A stretch of 62,631 nt of DNA, counting the filler, from Nemertoderma westbladi (lineage: Eukaryota > Animalia > Xenacoelomorpha), in the NCBI GenBank assembly GCA_032718475.1. It is 3 parts of 3 records of this genome, joined end to end, with 100 filler letters (N's around TTAATTAATTAA, not from the genome) between each part and the next. Parts side by side here need not be neighbours in the genome. Positions count along the whole stretch, not along the records: positions 1 to 24,451 come from JAUCBJ010008731.1; 2 more parts are not named here. One strand, written 5' to 3'. Under the pieces are notes generated by a model, which was not told the DNA's origin, did no database searches, and saw only the letters and a program-made list of their open reading frames with translations. Both the position numbers and the translations under genes were made by a program. Below are positions 1 to 11,409 of this stretch, in pieces. The stretch's first letter is position 1. Every line of letters begins with the position of its first letter.

Positions 1-561
1 GAAGAGAATAATAGAAGAGTCGTTGCTAGGAGCAACCGGAGAGCGAGGACGGATAGCGAGCCGTCGATAGTAGAGATGGAGTTAGGGAGTCAGTGGGGTC
101 GAACTTCGGGAGATTGCCGTCGCCCCGGAGAAACGCACCGCACGCCAGGAGAGGGGTACAGAGTCCTACCGATACGAGAGACGAGAACAGAAGAGGGGAT
201 CGAAGAGAAACTTCCCGACGGGATATAGCTGCCGATCGAGAGTACGGTAGTCGCGGGGAGATTCGAGATCCGAGAAGATTAAACTTCAGTTCGGAAGGGC
301 ACATGCAGACTGCAGGACATACTGTAGGCCTTACTGCACATACTATTATAGGCCATGCTGGGAGAGATAGTGTAGGCGATAGGGTAGCGCGTATGACGGG
401 ATTAAACCCGGAAGTCGCGGAGTACATACCGGTAGCTAGGCGGTAGGTAGGTAGGTAGGTAGGTAGGCCGGTAGGTATCGGCCTATCTCGGCACAGCAGC
501 ATGACTATAATATCCAGGGACATAACATATATCCAGGGGAGGGGAGAGTTATTGCAGATAG

Positions 562-2838
562 ATGTATGGGCCCCAATATATTAACATCAACCCCAGTACC
601 ATTCCAAACATACCGGTGGGGGGGGGGGGGGGACAGGGTGACATTCCCCCATTACAATATCAACAATATACTCGAACAGCAATGAGAACATCGAACCCCC
701 TGGACGAGAACAGGTCGTGCGACACGGAAATATGGAGGGGGCCGTTACCCCCAATGATATATCCGACGCTACAGATAAAGTCAACAGACAGGACGGGCGG
801 ACCGCACCCAACAGGAGAGTCTGTACAGCATCCCTCGAACCCATTGGAAGCACAGGCGATGGGAATGGCGACATTAATCGATGCATTAAAGACCAGGATC
901 GAGTTACCACCAGTCGAGCCATTTAAATTCGACGGAAGTAGGCCGGAAGAATACCTGCAATTTCGGCGCATGTACAGCAACGAGATATTAAGTAAGAACT
1001 TGACGCAGGCGGAGTGCCTAAAATATCTACAGGTGTATACAGGAGGCCCAGCATACGACATCGTGAGGCAGTACCAGGGCATCGAGGGCGGCTTCACGAC
1101 AGCATGGCGGGCGCTAGACAGGGAATACGGACACCCAGCCAAGATCATCCGGCAAACCCTGAGAGGTATAACATCGGGTGGCCTACAGGACAACCCCGTT
1201 AGCATAAAGACCTTTGCGAACAAGGTCGAGAAGGCGTTAATCGTGTTAAAGACGCTAGACGCGCCATACGAACTCAACGCATCTAATAACATCACCACGA
1301 TAGCGCAGGCACTGCCGATCTGGCTGCGGAGCAAGTGGAGGAAGATCGCCTTCTCCACTCGGGAGAAGAAAGGTGCGGAGCCAGGGCTAGAGGAAATGTC
1401 AAACTTCCTCAACTACGAAGCCGAGTTGATCACAGACCCAGTCTATAGTGAGGATAGTTTGGGGAAGGCGCCAAAGACCGAATACAACAGGCCTAAACCC
1501 GAACACAATCCTGCAGATCCATTCCCGAGAGTAAGACAGTCGCTACCACACGCGGCCACACAGGGGGCTACAAGCCCACAGTTAGCTGGGAGTAGGGCCA
1601 CACCGTGGCAGGGACAGAAAGAAAATAACACCACAAATAAACACAATCCCAACATACCCAGTAGGCCGAGTCTAGATAACCAAAACACTAAATCGGTAGA
1701 TATAAACCTACGCGCGATACGTGAAGGACTATACAGGGAACGCTATAATCCAGGATTCGAATGTCAATTACATCGGGACGGAACCCATAAGACCATGAGT
1801 TGTAAGCACTGGCAAGCGTTGCCCAAACAAGATCGTGTAGCCTACACAGACGCAAACGGACTATGTCATCGATGTGTGGTAGAAGGACACAGATCCGGAG
1901 AGTGTAGAGAAACAGCAGTTAGAGAGTCCGAGACTGGAGGCCAAACAATGGCTACAAGCACGACAGTGGCAAGAAAGAAGAGAAAAGTACTACTCGGGGT
2001 AGTACCAGTGAAGATATCAGGAGAGGGCGGTCGATCAGTAACGACATTAATGCTGGTCGACAGCGGAGCAGCCTTCACGCTGGTGGAGAACTGGGTGGCC
2101 GAAGAGATAGGGCTAAAGACGAGGCCGAATAGAATGGCGGTAACTACCGTCTCAAGTAAGGATGAGGTCCTGGAGATGAGGACGGGGCGGTGCAGGATAT
2201 CAGCGATTGCACCGGGATGCGACTATGGGGCGACGATCGACCCCATCCAGGTGATAGAATCGATAAATATCAACGCCAGGCGACCAACCAACATCGAGGT
2301 CGAACAATATAGATTCCTGGACGGTATCGATTTCTCAATACCAAAGGTGGACGTTAGGAAGGTGTCCATTATAGTAGGAATGGACTGCCCGACGGCCCAC
2401 GAGAGAATGAAGACGGTCTTCGGCGAAGACAGACAGCGGGATCCGACGGCGATCCTCACGCCGTTCGGATGGACGCTTAGCGGCCCAGTTAAAACCAAGA
2501 TTCCATCCAGAGTGACGGAGACATCAGGGTGCATGTTACCAGGCACCGTAGACGTTGAGGACGAAGAGGAGAAACAGGAGACAGTAGATAAACCAGACGG
2601 GGAAGTAACAGTAAGAGAGTGGGCGGAGGAGAATGGATTTGACGTGGAAGACTTAGAGGCAATGGGATGGAACAAGGGTCCCAGCAAGTATCGGTATGGG
2701 GATGGAGAGGAGCGGACGGCGAGATGTCCGGAGGACTGTCCGGAGGAGTGTCCGGTGGAGTGTCAGGAGGACAATAGTCTGGAGGAGTGTCCGGAGGAGG
2801 TCCAGAGGAGTGTCCGGAAGAGACGCCGGTCCGGTTGA
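562..2838 (+). CDS. BEL/Pao Gag (DUF1759-like, Zn knuckles) plus aspartic protease; upstream Gag part (93-446) cut off at a (GTAG)n run
   Basis: Gag motifs KFDGSRPEEYLQF, LKYLQVYTGGPA and ALPIWLRSKW. Knuckles CQLHRDGTHKTMSC and CHRCVVEGHRSGEC. Protease LVDSGAAFTL, IIVGMD, and the TPFGWTLSGP motif typical of the Pao protease region. Confidence 0.85.
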   Translation: MYGPQYININPSTIPNIPVGGGGGQGDIPPLQYQQYTRTAMRTSNPLDENRSCDTEIWRGPLPPMIYPTLQIKSTDRTGGPHPTGESVQHPSNPLEAQAMGMATLIDALKTRIELPPVEPFKFDGSRPEEYLQFRRMYSNEILSKNLTQAECLKYLQVYTGGPAYDIVRQYQGIEGGFTTAWRALDREYGHPAKIIRQTLRGITSGGLQDNPVSIKTFANKVEKALIVLKTLDAPYELNASNNITTIAQALPIWLRSKWRKIAFSTREKKGAEPGLEEMSNFLNYEAELITDPVYSEDSLGKAPKTEYNRPKPEHNPADPFPRVRQSLPHAATQGATSPQLAGSRATPWQGQKENNTTNKHNPNIPSRPSLDNQNTKSVDINLRAIREGLYRERYNPGFECQLHRDGTHKTMSCKHWQALPKQDRVAYTDANGLCHRCVVEGHRSGECRETAVRESETGGQTMATSTTVARKKRKVLLGVVPVKISGEGGRSVTTLMLVDSGAAFTLVENWVAEEIGLKTRPNRMAVTTVSSKDEVLEMRTGRCRISAIAPGCDYGATIDPIQVIESININARRPTNIEVEQYRFLDGIDFSIPKVDVRKVSIIVGMDCPTAHERMKTVFGEDRQRDPTAILTPFGWTLSGPVKTKIPSRVTETSGCMLPGTVDVEDEEEKQETVDKPDGEVTVREWAEENGFDVEDLEAMGWNKGPSKYRYGDGEERTARCPEDCPEECPVECQEDNSLEECPEEVQRSVRKRRRSG

Positions 2839-2901
2839 GAGGCATACCGACAAGGGGGAGGTCGAGTAAGGAAGACAGGATGGAAAGGGATAGGACTACT
2901 A

Positions 2902-3162
2902 TTGTACGTTCTGTTTTGTCTGTTCTTTCACTTTCTTTTCATTCTGCCGCCGGGAGACAACAAGGTGGGAGGTGGCATTTTGATGCCAAGAGACGAGGAA
3001 GTTAAGAAGGCGGCGGAGAGACCCGATTTTAGGGTGGCGGAAGAGGGAGAACCAATTCCTGGTCAGTTGGAATTGGCGAAGAAAGTGTGGCGAAGAGTAA
3101 GAGGACGTATAGGAGGGCAGTGGGAGAGTGCCTACTGGAAGAAGGGGCACCTTAGAGTTTAG
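2902..3162 (+). pseudogene. Possible vestige of the BEL/Pao Pol C-terminal region
   Basis: QLELAKKVWRR resembles the Q..A..FWRRW motif that precedes DUF5641. The resemblance is weak and by eye only. Confidence 0.3.
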
Positions 3163-3404
3163 TCGTCCAATGTTTTGGACTGAGGGGGGTGGGAATGAGG
3201 GCGAAACGCCCTTCCCACGCACAAATAATTATTTAAATAATAAAAATAATTAAATAATAAATAAGTAGAAGTTAGATAGTAAGTAGAAATATTTAGAAGT
3301 ATGAAAGTTAGTAGATAGTAGAAGATAGTAAGTAGTAGTTAGAAGATAATAGAAAGTTAGGTTAGAAGGCGGCGGGTATAGGGAGTGTGGCATATTGACA
3401 TGCC

Positions 3405-4000
3405 ACGAGTAGTAGAGTGGGGTTGTAGGCACCGGAAGCGCCACGTAGATGGAGGTAGTAGTAGAGGGGTTATGGGCACTGCGAGCGCCACATAGACGGA
3501 AGTAGTAGTAGAGTGGTTGTGGGCACCGTAAGCGCCACGTAGATGGAGGTAGTGAGCAGAGTGGTTGTGGGCACCGTAAGCGCCACGTAGAAAGTAGTAA
3601 GCAGAGTAGACTTAGTTAGAGGGTTTTAGTTAGAGCTAGTAGAGTTAGAGTTAGTAGAGAGTTAGAGGTTCTAGTTTAGAGCTAGTTAGAGTTAGTAGAG
3701 AGTTAGAGAGTTTTAGTTAGAGCTAGTAGAGTTAGAGAGTTCTAGTTAGAGCTAGTAGAGTTAGAGAGTTCTAGTTAGAGCTAGTAGAGTTAGAGGTGGT
3801 AGCAGAGTTAGAGGTAGCAGTAGAGTTAGGAGTTAGTAGAGTTAGAGTTAGTAGAGGTAGAGAGTTAGTAGAGAGTTAGTAGAGAGTTAGTTAGAGCTAA
3901 TAGAGTTAGAGTAATAAGTAGTAAGAGAGTTAGATAGTAGGTAGGTAGTAAGCTAGAGAGTTAGAAGATAGTAAGTAGTTAGTAAGTTAGATTTAGATAA
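3405..4000 (+). repeat. About 50-bp tandem repeat (4 copies) followed by a degenerate (AGAGTT)n / (GTTAGA)n purine-rich minisatellite
   Basis: GTAGAGTGGTTGTGGGCACCGTAAGCGCCACGTAGA-like unit repeated at 3410-3590, then AGAGTTAG repeats with very few C on the + strand. Confidence 0.85.
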
Positions 4001-4418
4001 GATAGATAGCATGATAGCACAAGCACAGGAGCACAGAGATAGTGAGAGGAGCTGTTGGCGAGAGAGAAGTTAGAGTGCGATTCAGGAGTGGGGAGAGAGT
4101 AAGTGTGGGGAGAGAGTAAGAGCTAGAGTGGAGTAAGAGTGGAGTTAGAGGAGAGTTAGAGTGAAAGTTTAGAGCAGAGTGAGAGCTTTTAAAATTGTGT
4201 GAGAGTCCACAATTGGCTCGACACGAGACGTCATATGTCTTGGTGCAAGATAGGAAGTTGCACCAAGACTGGGTAGCGTTATCATACCCATAGGGAGCGG
4301 CCTGGAAAGCCGACTCCAAGAAAATAACTCCACCCCACACCCGATAGTAGATCGAGTTTCCAGCGGAATTGAAGCGCACTTTGTGGTTGATGCTATCTTC
4401 TCACCGGGAAGATAGCAT

Positions 4419-4576
4419 GGGGGGGGAGTGTGAGCGGATTCAATTCTGCCTCACCAAACCCCCATAAAGCGGGAAAGAGCGCCTTTAAGCAATATTGGGG
4501 AGTACGAGGTTGATTAACAACCAACCTCGTATCACCCCCAATAAACCGGGGACGACAAACCCCAGAGGGCCTCACA
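4419..4576 (+). repeat. Polypurine tract plus putative short 3' LTR of element 1
   Basis: GGGGGGGGAG is immediately followed by TGTGAG (4429) ... AATAAA (4540-4545) ... CTCACA (4571-4576), giving a 6-bp terminal inverted repeat. No second copy is in the window to confirm it. Confidence 0.4.
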
Positions 4577-4869
4577 CAATGGGGGTCAGAGGTTAAGCCT
4601 CCAGGGAGAAGGAAAGTAACAGCAGTGGGGGGGGGAAACACCCCCGCAGAGCAGAAGGCGAGAAGTGGGAAATCAGCCAATGGGGGGACAGGAGAGGCAT
4701 CAGCCAAGTAATAGGGCCAACCCAGTATATTACCGGTTGGTGTTTCTCATATTGTTAGTTTACTCAGTAGTCACTCAGTCATGCTAGTACGGTGACATTT
4801 TAAGACCATCACCGCCGTCACCAAGTAAATCCATATCACTTTACCGGTCAACTGTGTTACCTGCTATCA

Positions 4870-4998
4870 GTTTTTACTATATATATTACCTATCAACATT
4901 AAGAACATTGGAAGAATAACAAACTCCTTTTTTCCATCATACGGTGCGGCTGATGCGTACATAAACCCAAACTGGTCGGGATCCTCCAATCCCGTCAC
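4870..4998 (-). repeat. Copy of the LTR-start-like stem-loop motif (unit U) abutting the truncated LINE RT
   Basis: Minus strand reads GTGACGGGATTGGAGGATCCCGACCAG...TACGCATC...AAAAGGAGTTTG, homologous to the copies at 48950, 49647, 50190 and 50306. Confidence 0.7.
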
Positions 4999-6910
4999 TA
5001 GAAGGGAATGGAGGGCCTGTAGGAAACCATCATTTGGGCATTGTTTCAGACGCTTAATAAGAGGGTTTATATACAAGGTGAAAAGTCTACAACTACCGGG
5101 GGCCCCTTGCAAAACTCCAAAAATAAATTTCAGGACAGATGAACCCAAAATACTGACGGTCGAACTGTATAACGCCTGAAGTGCGCGCAGCATAGCGCCG
5201 CCGCAACCTATAACCATGAGTAGTTGGAATAGTTTCGGACGAGACACCCGGTCATAGGCAGTAGCGAAATCAACAAATATGATATACAGCTTTAGCTTCT
5301 TCTTAAGGGCATAGTTGATGAGAAGGTTCAGCATCAGAATATGCTCTTCACATCTGCGCTTCGGCTGCGCTCCGGCCTGCTTGATGTCTGGTAAACCCCA
5401 CTGGGAAAAGCGTCTGGAAAGTATCCAATCATACAGCTTCGCGATACAGTTCAGTATGGAAATGCCACGATAGTTAGAACAGATTAACCTCGATCCGCGT
5501 TTAAACACCGTCACGAGCCGAGATTGGCACCAGGAAGCCGGGAATGAGGGACCAAAGAAAACGGAGTTAAATAATGTTACAATAAATAAAATCCAGTTTT
5601 GCGGGAGAAATGTCAAGATGCCGGGAGAAATACCATCGGGACCAGCGGCCTTATTAGGTTTGAAAGAGTCTATATACCTGCGGTAACTTCCTCTATGGTT
5701 ATTGGCGAATCTAGGACTGGGATAAATGGACATTCACTAGTCGATATGTCTCCTGGACCGGTGGTCTGGCTGTCATTACACAACAGCTTTCCAAAATGCG
5801 TGGCGAACTCCTGCTCCGACGGGGAGTTGTCGCTTGCCGACATGGATGAACTGGGTTCGAGGCCGCACTTCCAGTTGATTCTCTCCCAGATAGATCGCTC
5901 GCTACGACTGGCGGCCAGCTCGTTCCAGACTTGGTTGGGGTCAAAGGTACCTGTACCTACACTACACTGGGAAATGACATTCCGAGCAGGCTTAGCCGAC
6001 CTCGCTGCGTCGTAAATTGCATTCGCAAAAGCCTCGGCTGTCGTAATGTAGTCGTTGTTAGTGAGATCCCAGCCGATAAGAGTGTCGTGAGAACGGAGGG
6101 ACAATCGAAAAGTCGTTTGTATAACCTCTACGCATTTAATTACACGGATGCGATTGGTTTGGCTCAATCACATTGGAACTATCCAAAATCTCGGAACGAG
6201 CCAACAGTTGTACAGCGGACGGTACGTTATCGGGTTTCAGATACATAAAAATTGCATCATGATCCGATGGTAACCACATGTCAATCACCCCAAATTCTGT
6301 TACTCTATTGATAATATCATAGCTCACAACCGCACGATCGAGTTCCGAAATATAATTACCTTTCTTCCGATACGTCAATGCACCACCAAATATTACGTCA
6401 CCAAATGAACCATAACTAAGGTTTACAACTTTACAATCAACCAGTAATTGAATAAAACGTCTGCCATGTTCATTAATTCATAAATCGTCATGGGTTCTGT
6501 AACTAATACCTGGGGAATGGCTGGTACACGTGAGTAGCGACCCAATCCATGCATTAAAATCCCCCAAAAGTACAACTGAGTGGTTGCTACTCATGTCAAA
6601 TATATGGGACTGTATTTCGGCCCAAATTATCGGGTCGTATTATCGAGTATCAGATGGTGCAATATAAACACAAGCAAAATCAATATTAGGGAAATCAATT
6701 AAGCTAACCCATAAAATGTCATGTACATCAGTTCTTATGGATTTTACTTTACAGCCATTCCTTATTAACACTATGGCTATGGCTGTCACAGCTGGGGTTA
6801 TGTACCACATTAAAACGCGGTACGCTAAAAATATAACGTGCTTTAGTTTCTTGTAAAAATATTAAATCGTAAACAGTAAAAATCTTAAAAACCAGTGGGT
6901 AGAGATATCG
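4999..6910 (-). pseudogene. LINE ORF2 (APE endonuclease plus RT), frameshifted and 3'-truncated; CR1/L2 group
   Basis: APE motifs FLQETK, GDFNA, LDRAVVS and SDHDAI. RT motifs AAGPDGI, NYRGISIL, FVDFATAYDRV and GVLQG. The sequence breaks off at LHSLL, just before the expected xDD motif. Confidence 0.9.
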
Positions 6911-6916
6911 GCACAG

Positions 6917-7903
6917 TTAAAAAATTGGCGCAAACTGGTCAATGATGTCCGTGTCCCGGTAAACCATGAGTTCCTTCGGATCGAATTTGATGACGTGACC
7001 AACATTCACCGGATTCTTCCGTTCAACAGCAGCAACCTTCCTTAGTCTACCGAGCTCCCTGTTGATGGCTGGGTGGACATCCGGTTTCAGGTAAATGTTC
7101 TTGAAAGGCTCTGGGGCGTCCTTCAACATCCGTGTGGCTGAGAGGAAACTACTACGGATGGGTGCCGTGGCTTTCAGCGATATTAGAAGTGGGCGACTCT
7201 GCGGCGTGGTCACATCGTTGTTGTCCCCATCTACAATTAGCTCCGGCTCTCTAACCTTTCCGAGACGGCGAACTGTGAAACTGTCGGCGTCCACCTGGAC
7301 GTCGAGAAGTTCGAATACAACCGAGCACTTCTTAGCGTTGTTTACTTCGCCTTCAAACTCGCCTTCTGGGAGGCTGGTACAAACGATGCTTTTACTGCGA
7401 AGCTCTGTGTCAATGGATTCTGCGAACGCCATATGGTTATCAATGGTTGCCCGCAGATCTGTGTTCTCGTGCGATAGTTCCGCTATCCGCTCCTCTAACA
7501 CAGCCACGCTCTGGTTGACAGTGTCGGAAATAATTGAACGCAAGTTGTCGACCGACAAACTCGTTATGGGCGTATTGCCGGAGGGCGGCGGAAAAGCAGT
7601 GGCAGTTACCGGTACATTTCCATTACTAACAATCCGCGTACCGAGAGTTGTCGCGTTCGCCCCGGTCACACGGTTATTTCCAGTTGCTTGGTGTGAGTTG
7701 ACGAATGCGGGCGGCGTACGTGCTGGTGCCACATCCGGGCCTGCGGCGGGAAAGCATTGGTTCGAGGTCGGACTAACCGCGGTGGTCCTTGGAGACTGAC
7801 GATTCTGCAGGTTGGCCCTGTTAGGATCTGCAAAACAAGCGTCGCAAACGAATCCCCGTTTTAAACGTACCTGGAAACGGTTACAGACGACGCAATAACC
7901 CAT
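6917..7903 (-). CDS. LINE ORF1 protein (N-terminal CxxC...CxxC, coiled coil, RRM-like region)
   Basis: CVVC...CDAC, a coiled-coil stretch, then SIVCTSLPE, RRLGK, RPLLI and IYLKPD. It lies directly upstream of ORF2. Confidence 0.85.
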   Translation of the reverse strand: MGYCVVCNRFQVRLKRGFVCDACFADPNRANLQNRQSPRTTAVSPTSNQCFPAAGPDVAPARTPPAFVNSHQATGNNRVTGANATTLGTRIVSNGNVPVTATAFPPPSGNTPITSLSVDNLRSIISDTVNQSVAVLEERIAELSHENTDLRATIDNHMAFAESIDTELRSKSIVCTSLPEGEFEGEVNNAKKCSVVFELLDVQVDADSFTVRRLGKVREPELIVDGDNNDVTTPQSRPLLISLKATAPIRSSFLSATRMLKDAPEPFKNIYLKPDVHPAINRELGRLRKVAAVERKNPVNVGHVIKFDPKELMVYRDTDIIDQFAPIF

Positions 7904-8424
7904 TATTAGGCCTATGCCCTACTGCCCTATGCACTTTGCAGCTTAGCACAGCACAAATACATTTAGCCAGACTTACAGAAGAGTGCAGTTAGGTACCAGT
8001 ACCGGTAGTCACATATATAACGTTGTTTGTATATGTATTTTGCGCACAGCTGCACAATGCACCCCCTAGCCATTTCAGACACAAGTTGCACAGAGCACCT
8101 CCACAGTTAGCCATTTCAGAATCGATTGGTATTTAATTCTCTTGCCGGTAGTTGGAATGGAACAGCAGTTTTTCGGTGTTTTTCCGACACCTCCCTTCTA
8201 GTAGCTTAATTTGTAATACCCTGTCTGCCTGTGGTGTCGCACTGGTAGTCTCTGGTCTCTGCTATGTTACAGCAGGTTCATACAAAGTACTGAAGTAGCC
8301 AAGAACAGTTGTAGCAGTAGCAGTACTTACGTCAGTTAGTTGGCGACAGATAGACAAACTTGATTACAAAATTGACTATTATAAAATTAATAAATTAATA
8401 CCCGCCAAATCGTCAAATCACGTG

Positions 8425-8596
8425 GAACATTGTCACTACGATTTAAATTATATTTTATGTTCAATGTCCATCTCTGAACATTGTCACAACGATTTAATTT
8501 GTAGTGACAACGTTCAATGTGGCCGAACGTTCTCAACTACAAATTAATTCGCAGTGACAACGTTCAGCCATGAACATTGAACCTAAAATTCAATTT
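8425..8596. repeat. Small fold-back element built from GAACATTGTCAC / GTGACAACGTTC inverted units
   Basis: Several inverted copies of the same 12-20 bp unit are visible. Confidence 0.6.
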
Positions 8597-11104
8597 AAAT
8601 AATAGTTAAAATATTTCACGTTTTAAGGTGTGTAAAACATAGTGACACCGCTCTGGAACCTTAGAGATAGCTTTATTGGCATTAAATCAAATATACAATG
8701 TAACCACAACAAATTATTTCACAGACACTCCTCTGGGATCTATACGAAAACCTCGACTGGATGAAAACGACTATGAATATAATTTATCTTACATCTTTAC
8801 TAGGGTCTCTTTACCATACAGTTAACAATACAACATTAGCTTTAGCGAACATCAATAGTCTAGGAGATTCAAGTGAAGTCAATAAAGTTAAGTAATTACA
8901 ACTACAATTAATTTATTACAAATAGTTATTTACCAACATAAACCAATATCCATATAAAATTTCTATCTACAGTATATACTGTACCTTTAACACAACAGTT
9001 GTGGATAACAACGGACTATAATAATTGTAAGGGTCCAGTAGTATACCGCTTACCAGATCCTAGTAACGATGTATCTTACTATGAGACTCTAGTAATGTAT
9101 ACGGGCTTGTACAGTATCTGACAACAAATCCCAGTCCAGGATATCTAAACAAACAGATATAGTACACAAACGACTACTGGCGAGGAACAGAGCCTTGTAT
9201 CTATTCTATGTACGTGAGCGGGTCGAATGCCTACGTACTAGACAGAAGGATACCTGTCCTCTAACCGGTGAGGCAGATGTACAGTTACCGTAACAGACCA
9301 AACTCACGGGAAAACAATCCCCGCGCAGCGAATCCTAACTATCACTGACAGTCCTAAATACAGTAACTTGCCGCGGTGTGATTTATATGGGTTATATACG
9401 AGCTAGTGGGTTAACAGCCTAGCGTAACAACACTGACAGTCCTGAATCAGTCGAAAAAGGGTCGTGCCTAAATGTAACAATAACTGATCCCCCTGTACGA
9501 AATCAGTCTAAAAGGTCAGGCCTAAATGTAACAATACCGTTGTCCAGACAAACAACAGTTTAATAACGAAAGTGAAATACTCCTTATCTTGCCGCAATCA
9601 AATCAGATCCTAATTTTACAAATACAAATAATTTCCACCTAACGTAATGTATAGTACGCTATAGCTAGTAGAACTTTAAGGGCGATATGTTTTAGGGCGT
9701 GTGTGTGTGGGTGTGTTACAAATAAAACAATTTCGGGTAATTCCTTTTACTAGGTTTTAGTGATTTTCTGACTAAATGATACCGTGCGCTAGCTACTAAA
9801 ATAAACTAGTCGCGTTTGTAGAACTTTATACTCACGAATGACGTCAAAGCTCTCTCCTTCCTATTCACAACCCAATGGGCAACCACAGTGTTAGTAACTA
9901 AACCCGTGATCGGCACTAATACCAGATTCTGGTTGTAAGATAAGAATAGGGGTTAATCGCTACCGTACGTTAGCTGATCTGGTATACTAATTTAATTCTA
10001 GAACTTTGTTGCTGCGGTAGTTAGCAGCAATACCTATCAGCACGTGGCAAGGCGCGGTAGGATATTAATAAACCTCCCTAGGCCAAGCAGTGTGCCGGTA
10101 GCAGAAATACTCCTTGCCTGATCAAATAGCTAACTCCAGACAGGGGGGGGGGGGGGGGTACTAATGTACGTTCTACAAAGCGAACCGGTACCAAACGGTC
10201 AATACTATGAATCACTAAATTATGGAACATATGCTGTCCGTACCTAATGTGTACTCGCGTACTGACGAATAGCAATAGTTCGCACCTGTAGGAAGTACAG
10301 GTTAACCCAGGGGTTCGTAGGACTGACAAGAAAGGGGGGGTTGTCTGGATATAATTATTTGATCCTAAATTTGCGGCGTCCAGTACGGTGTCACGCTTAC
10401 CCTGATCTATAGGTCTTACGGCGGGCAAGGGCGTCGAACAAAGTCTTACCTTCTCACAAAGCGGGCGCTGCATAGCAAGTGGAGTATTTCGAAGGGCAAA
10501 GGGGGTGCGCGGTCGATCCAATGTGGGCGCTAGCGTGTTGTGGACATCTCTTCCCTGCGTTGCTTACGGCCTAACGATCTAGGCTGCCATCTCCCTGATG
10601 TTTGGCTGTCCCAAAGTTGGACCAAAAGAAAACATGTCAGGAAATTGCAGTATATTTACAGTTTTACAAAAGGATTTATCAAACAAGTTTCAACAAGAAA
10701 CCGAATTTACTAATTTTTACAAGAATAAAATGACAGAGTAACGTTATACGAAATCATAACGAAGTGTGGTACTAGCGATAATAGAAGTGATAACCGAAGG
10801 CAAACCGGCCTTTTATACTAGAAATTGCACATGGAAACCAAACAGAATTTTCCACAGCTTCACATTTGAACCATAAAGTGTTTCGTGCCCTATGATTGGC
10901 CCAGCTCATCGTTTAACGCAGTACGGCCCTTACACTAAATCTGGGACATGGAATCCTAACAGAATTTTCCACTGCCTCACATTTGAGCAATAAGGTAATT
11001 TATGCCCTATGATTGGCCTGGCTCATTATCCGCTACGTTGTACGCCTCTCATTGGCCTACCAATTAGCACCTAAACGAAAATAAATGGCCCCAAAATACA
11101 AATT

Positions 11105-11172
11105 TCCCGACTGGGATTCGAACTCGTAACCTATGTAATGTAACCAACGCCTTAACCATCTGACCACTACGC
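11105..11172 (-). mobile_element. tRNA-derived SINE head or tRNA pseudogene
   Basis: Minus strand shows A box TGGTCAGATGG and B box GAGTTCGAATCC. No convincing anticodon arm. Confidence 0.55.
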
Positions 11173-11409
11173 CACGAGAGTACCTAAGGTTTTATGTGTA
11201 CAAATATAAATAGGCATATTACATTACTGTAACTTAATCAAAATACGTCGGATTTTCAAAGTTTTTACGCTAAAGTTAAACTACAAATGCTACCTTATAG
11301 TGAAATAATTCATCAACTATACTAATATAATTTGTTTCCTTACGCTGTCAATCTGACAGTGTACGCCGTACGGGTCCGATCAACTCAAATCTCAACCACC
11401 GGTAGGGTC

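Larger units (their letters stand above)
1..4576 (+). mobile_element. BEL/Pao-derived non-autonomous retroelement 1 (Gag-protease only; 5' end outside the window)
   Basis: Gag-PR ORF at 562-2838. No RT, RNase H or integrase motifs follow. Purine-rich 3' region, then a polypurine tract and an LTR-like segment at 4419-4576. Confidence 0.75.

Noticed and set aside
4867-4998. C-terminal 44 codons of ORF 4867-5733 as part of the LINE RT
   Set aside because: This is read-through into unit U. The RT homology ends at LHSLL.
11105-11172. Functional tRNA genes (also 18474-18545 and 18920-19015)
   Set aside because: A and B boxes are present but there is no coherent cloverleaf or anticodon arm. They are better explained as SINE heads.
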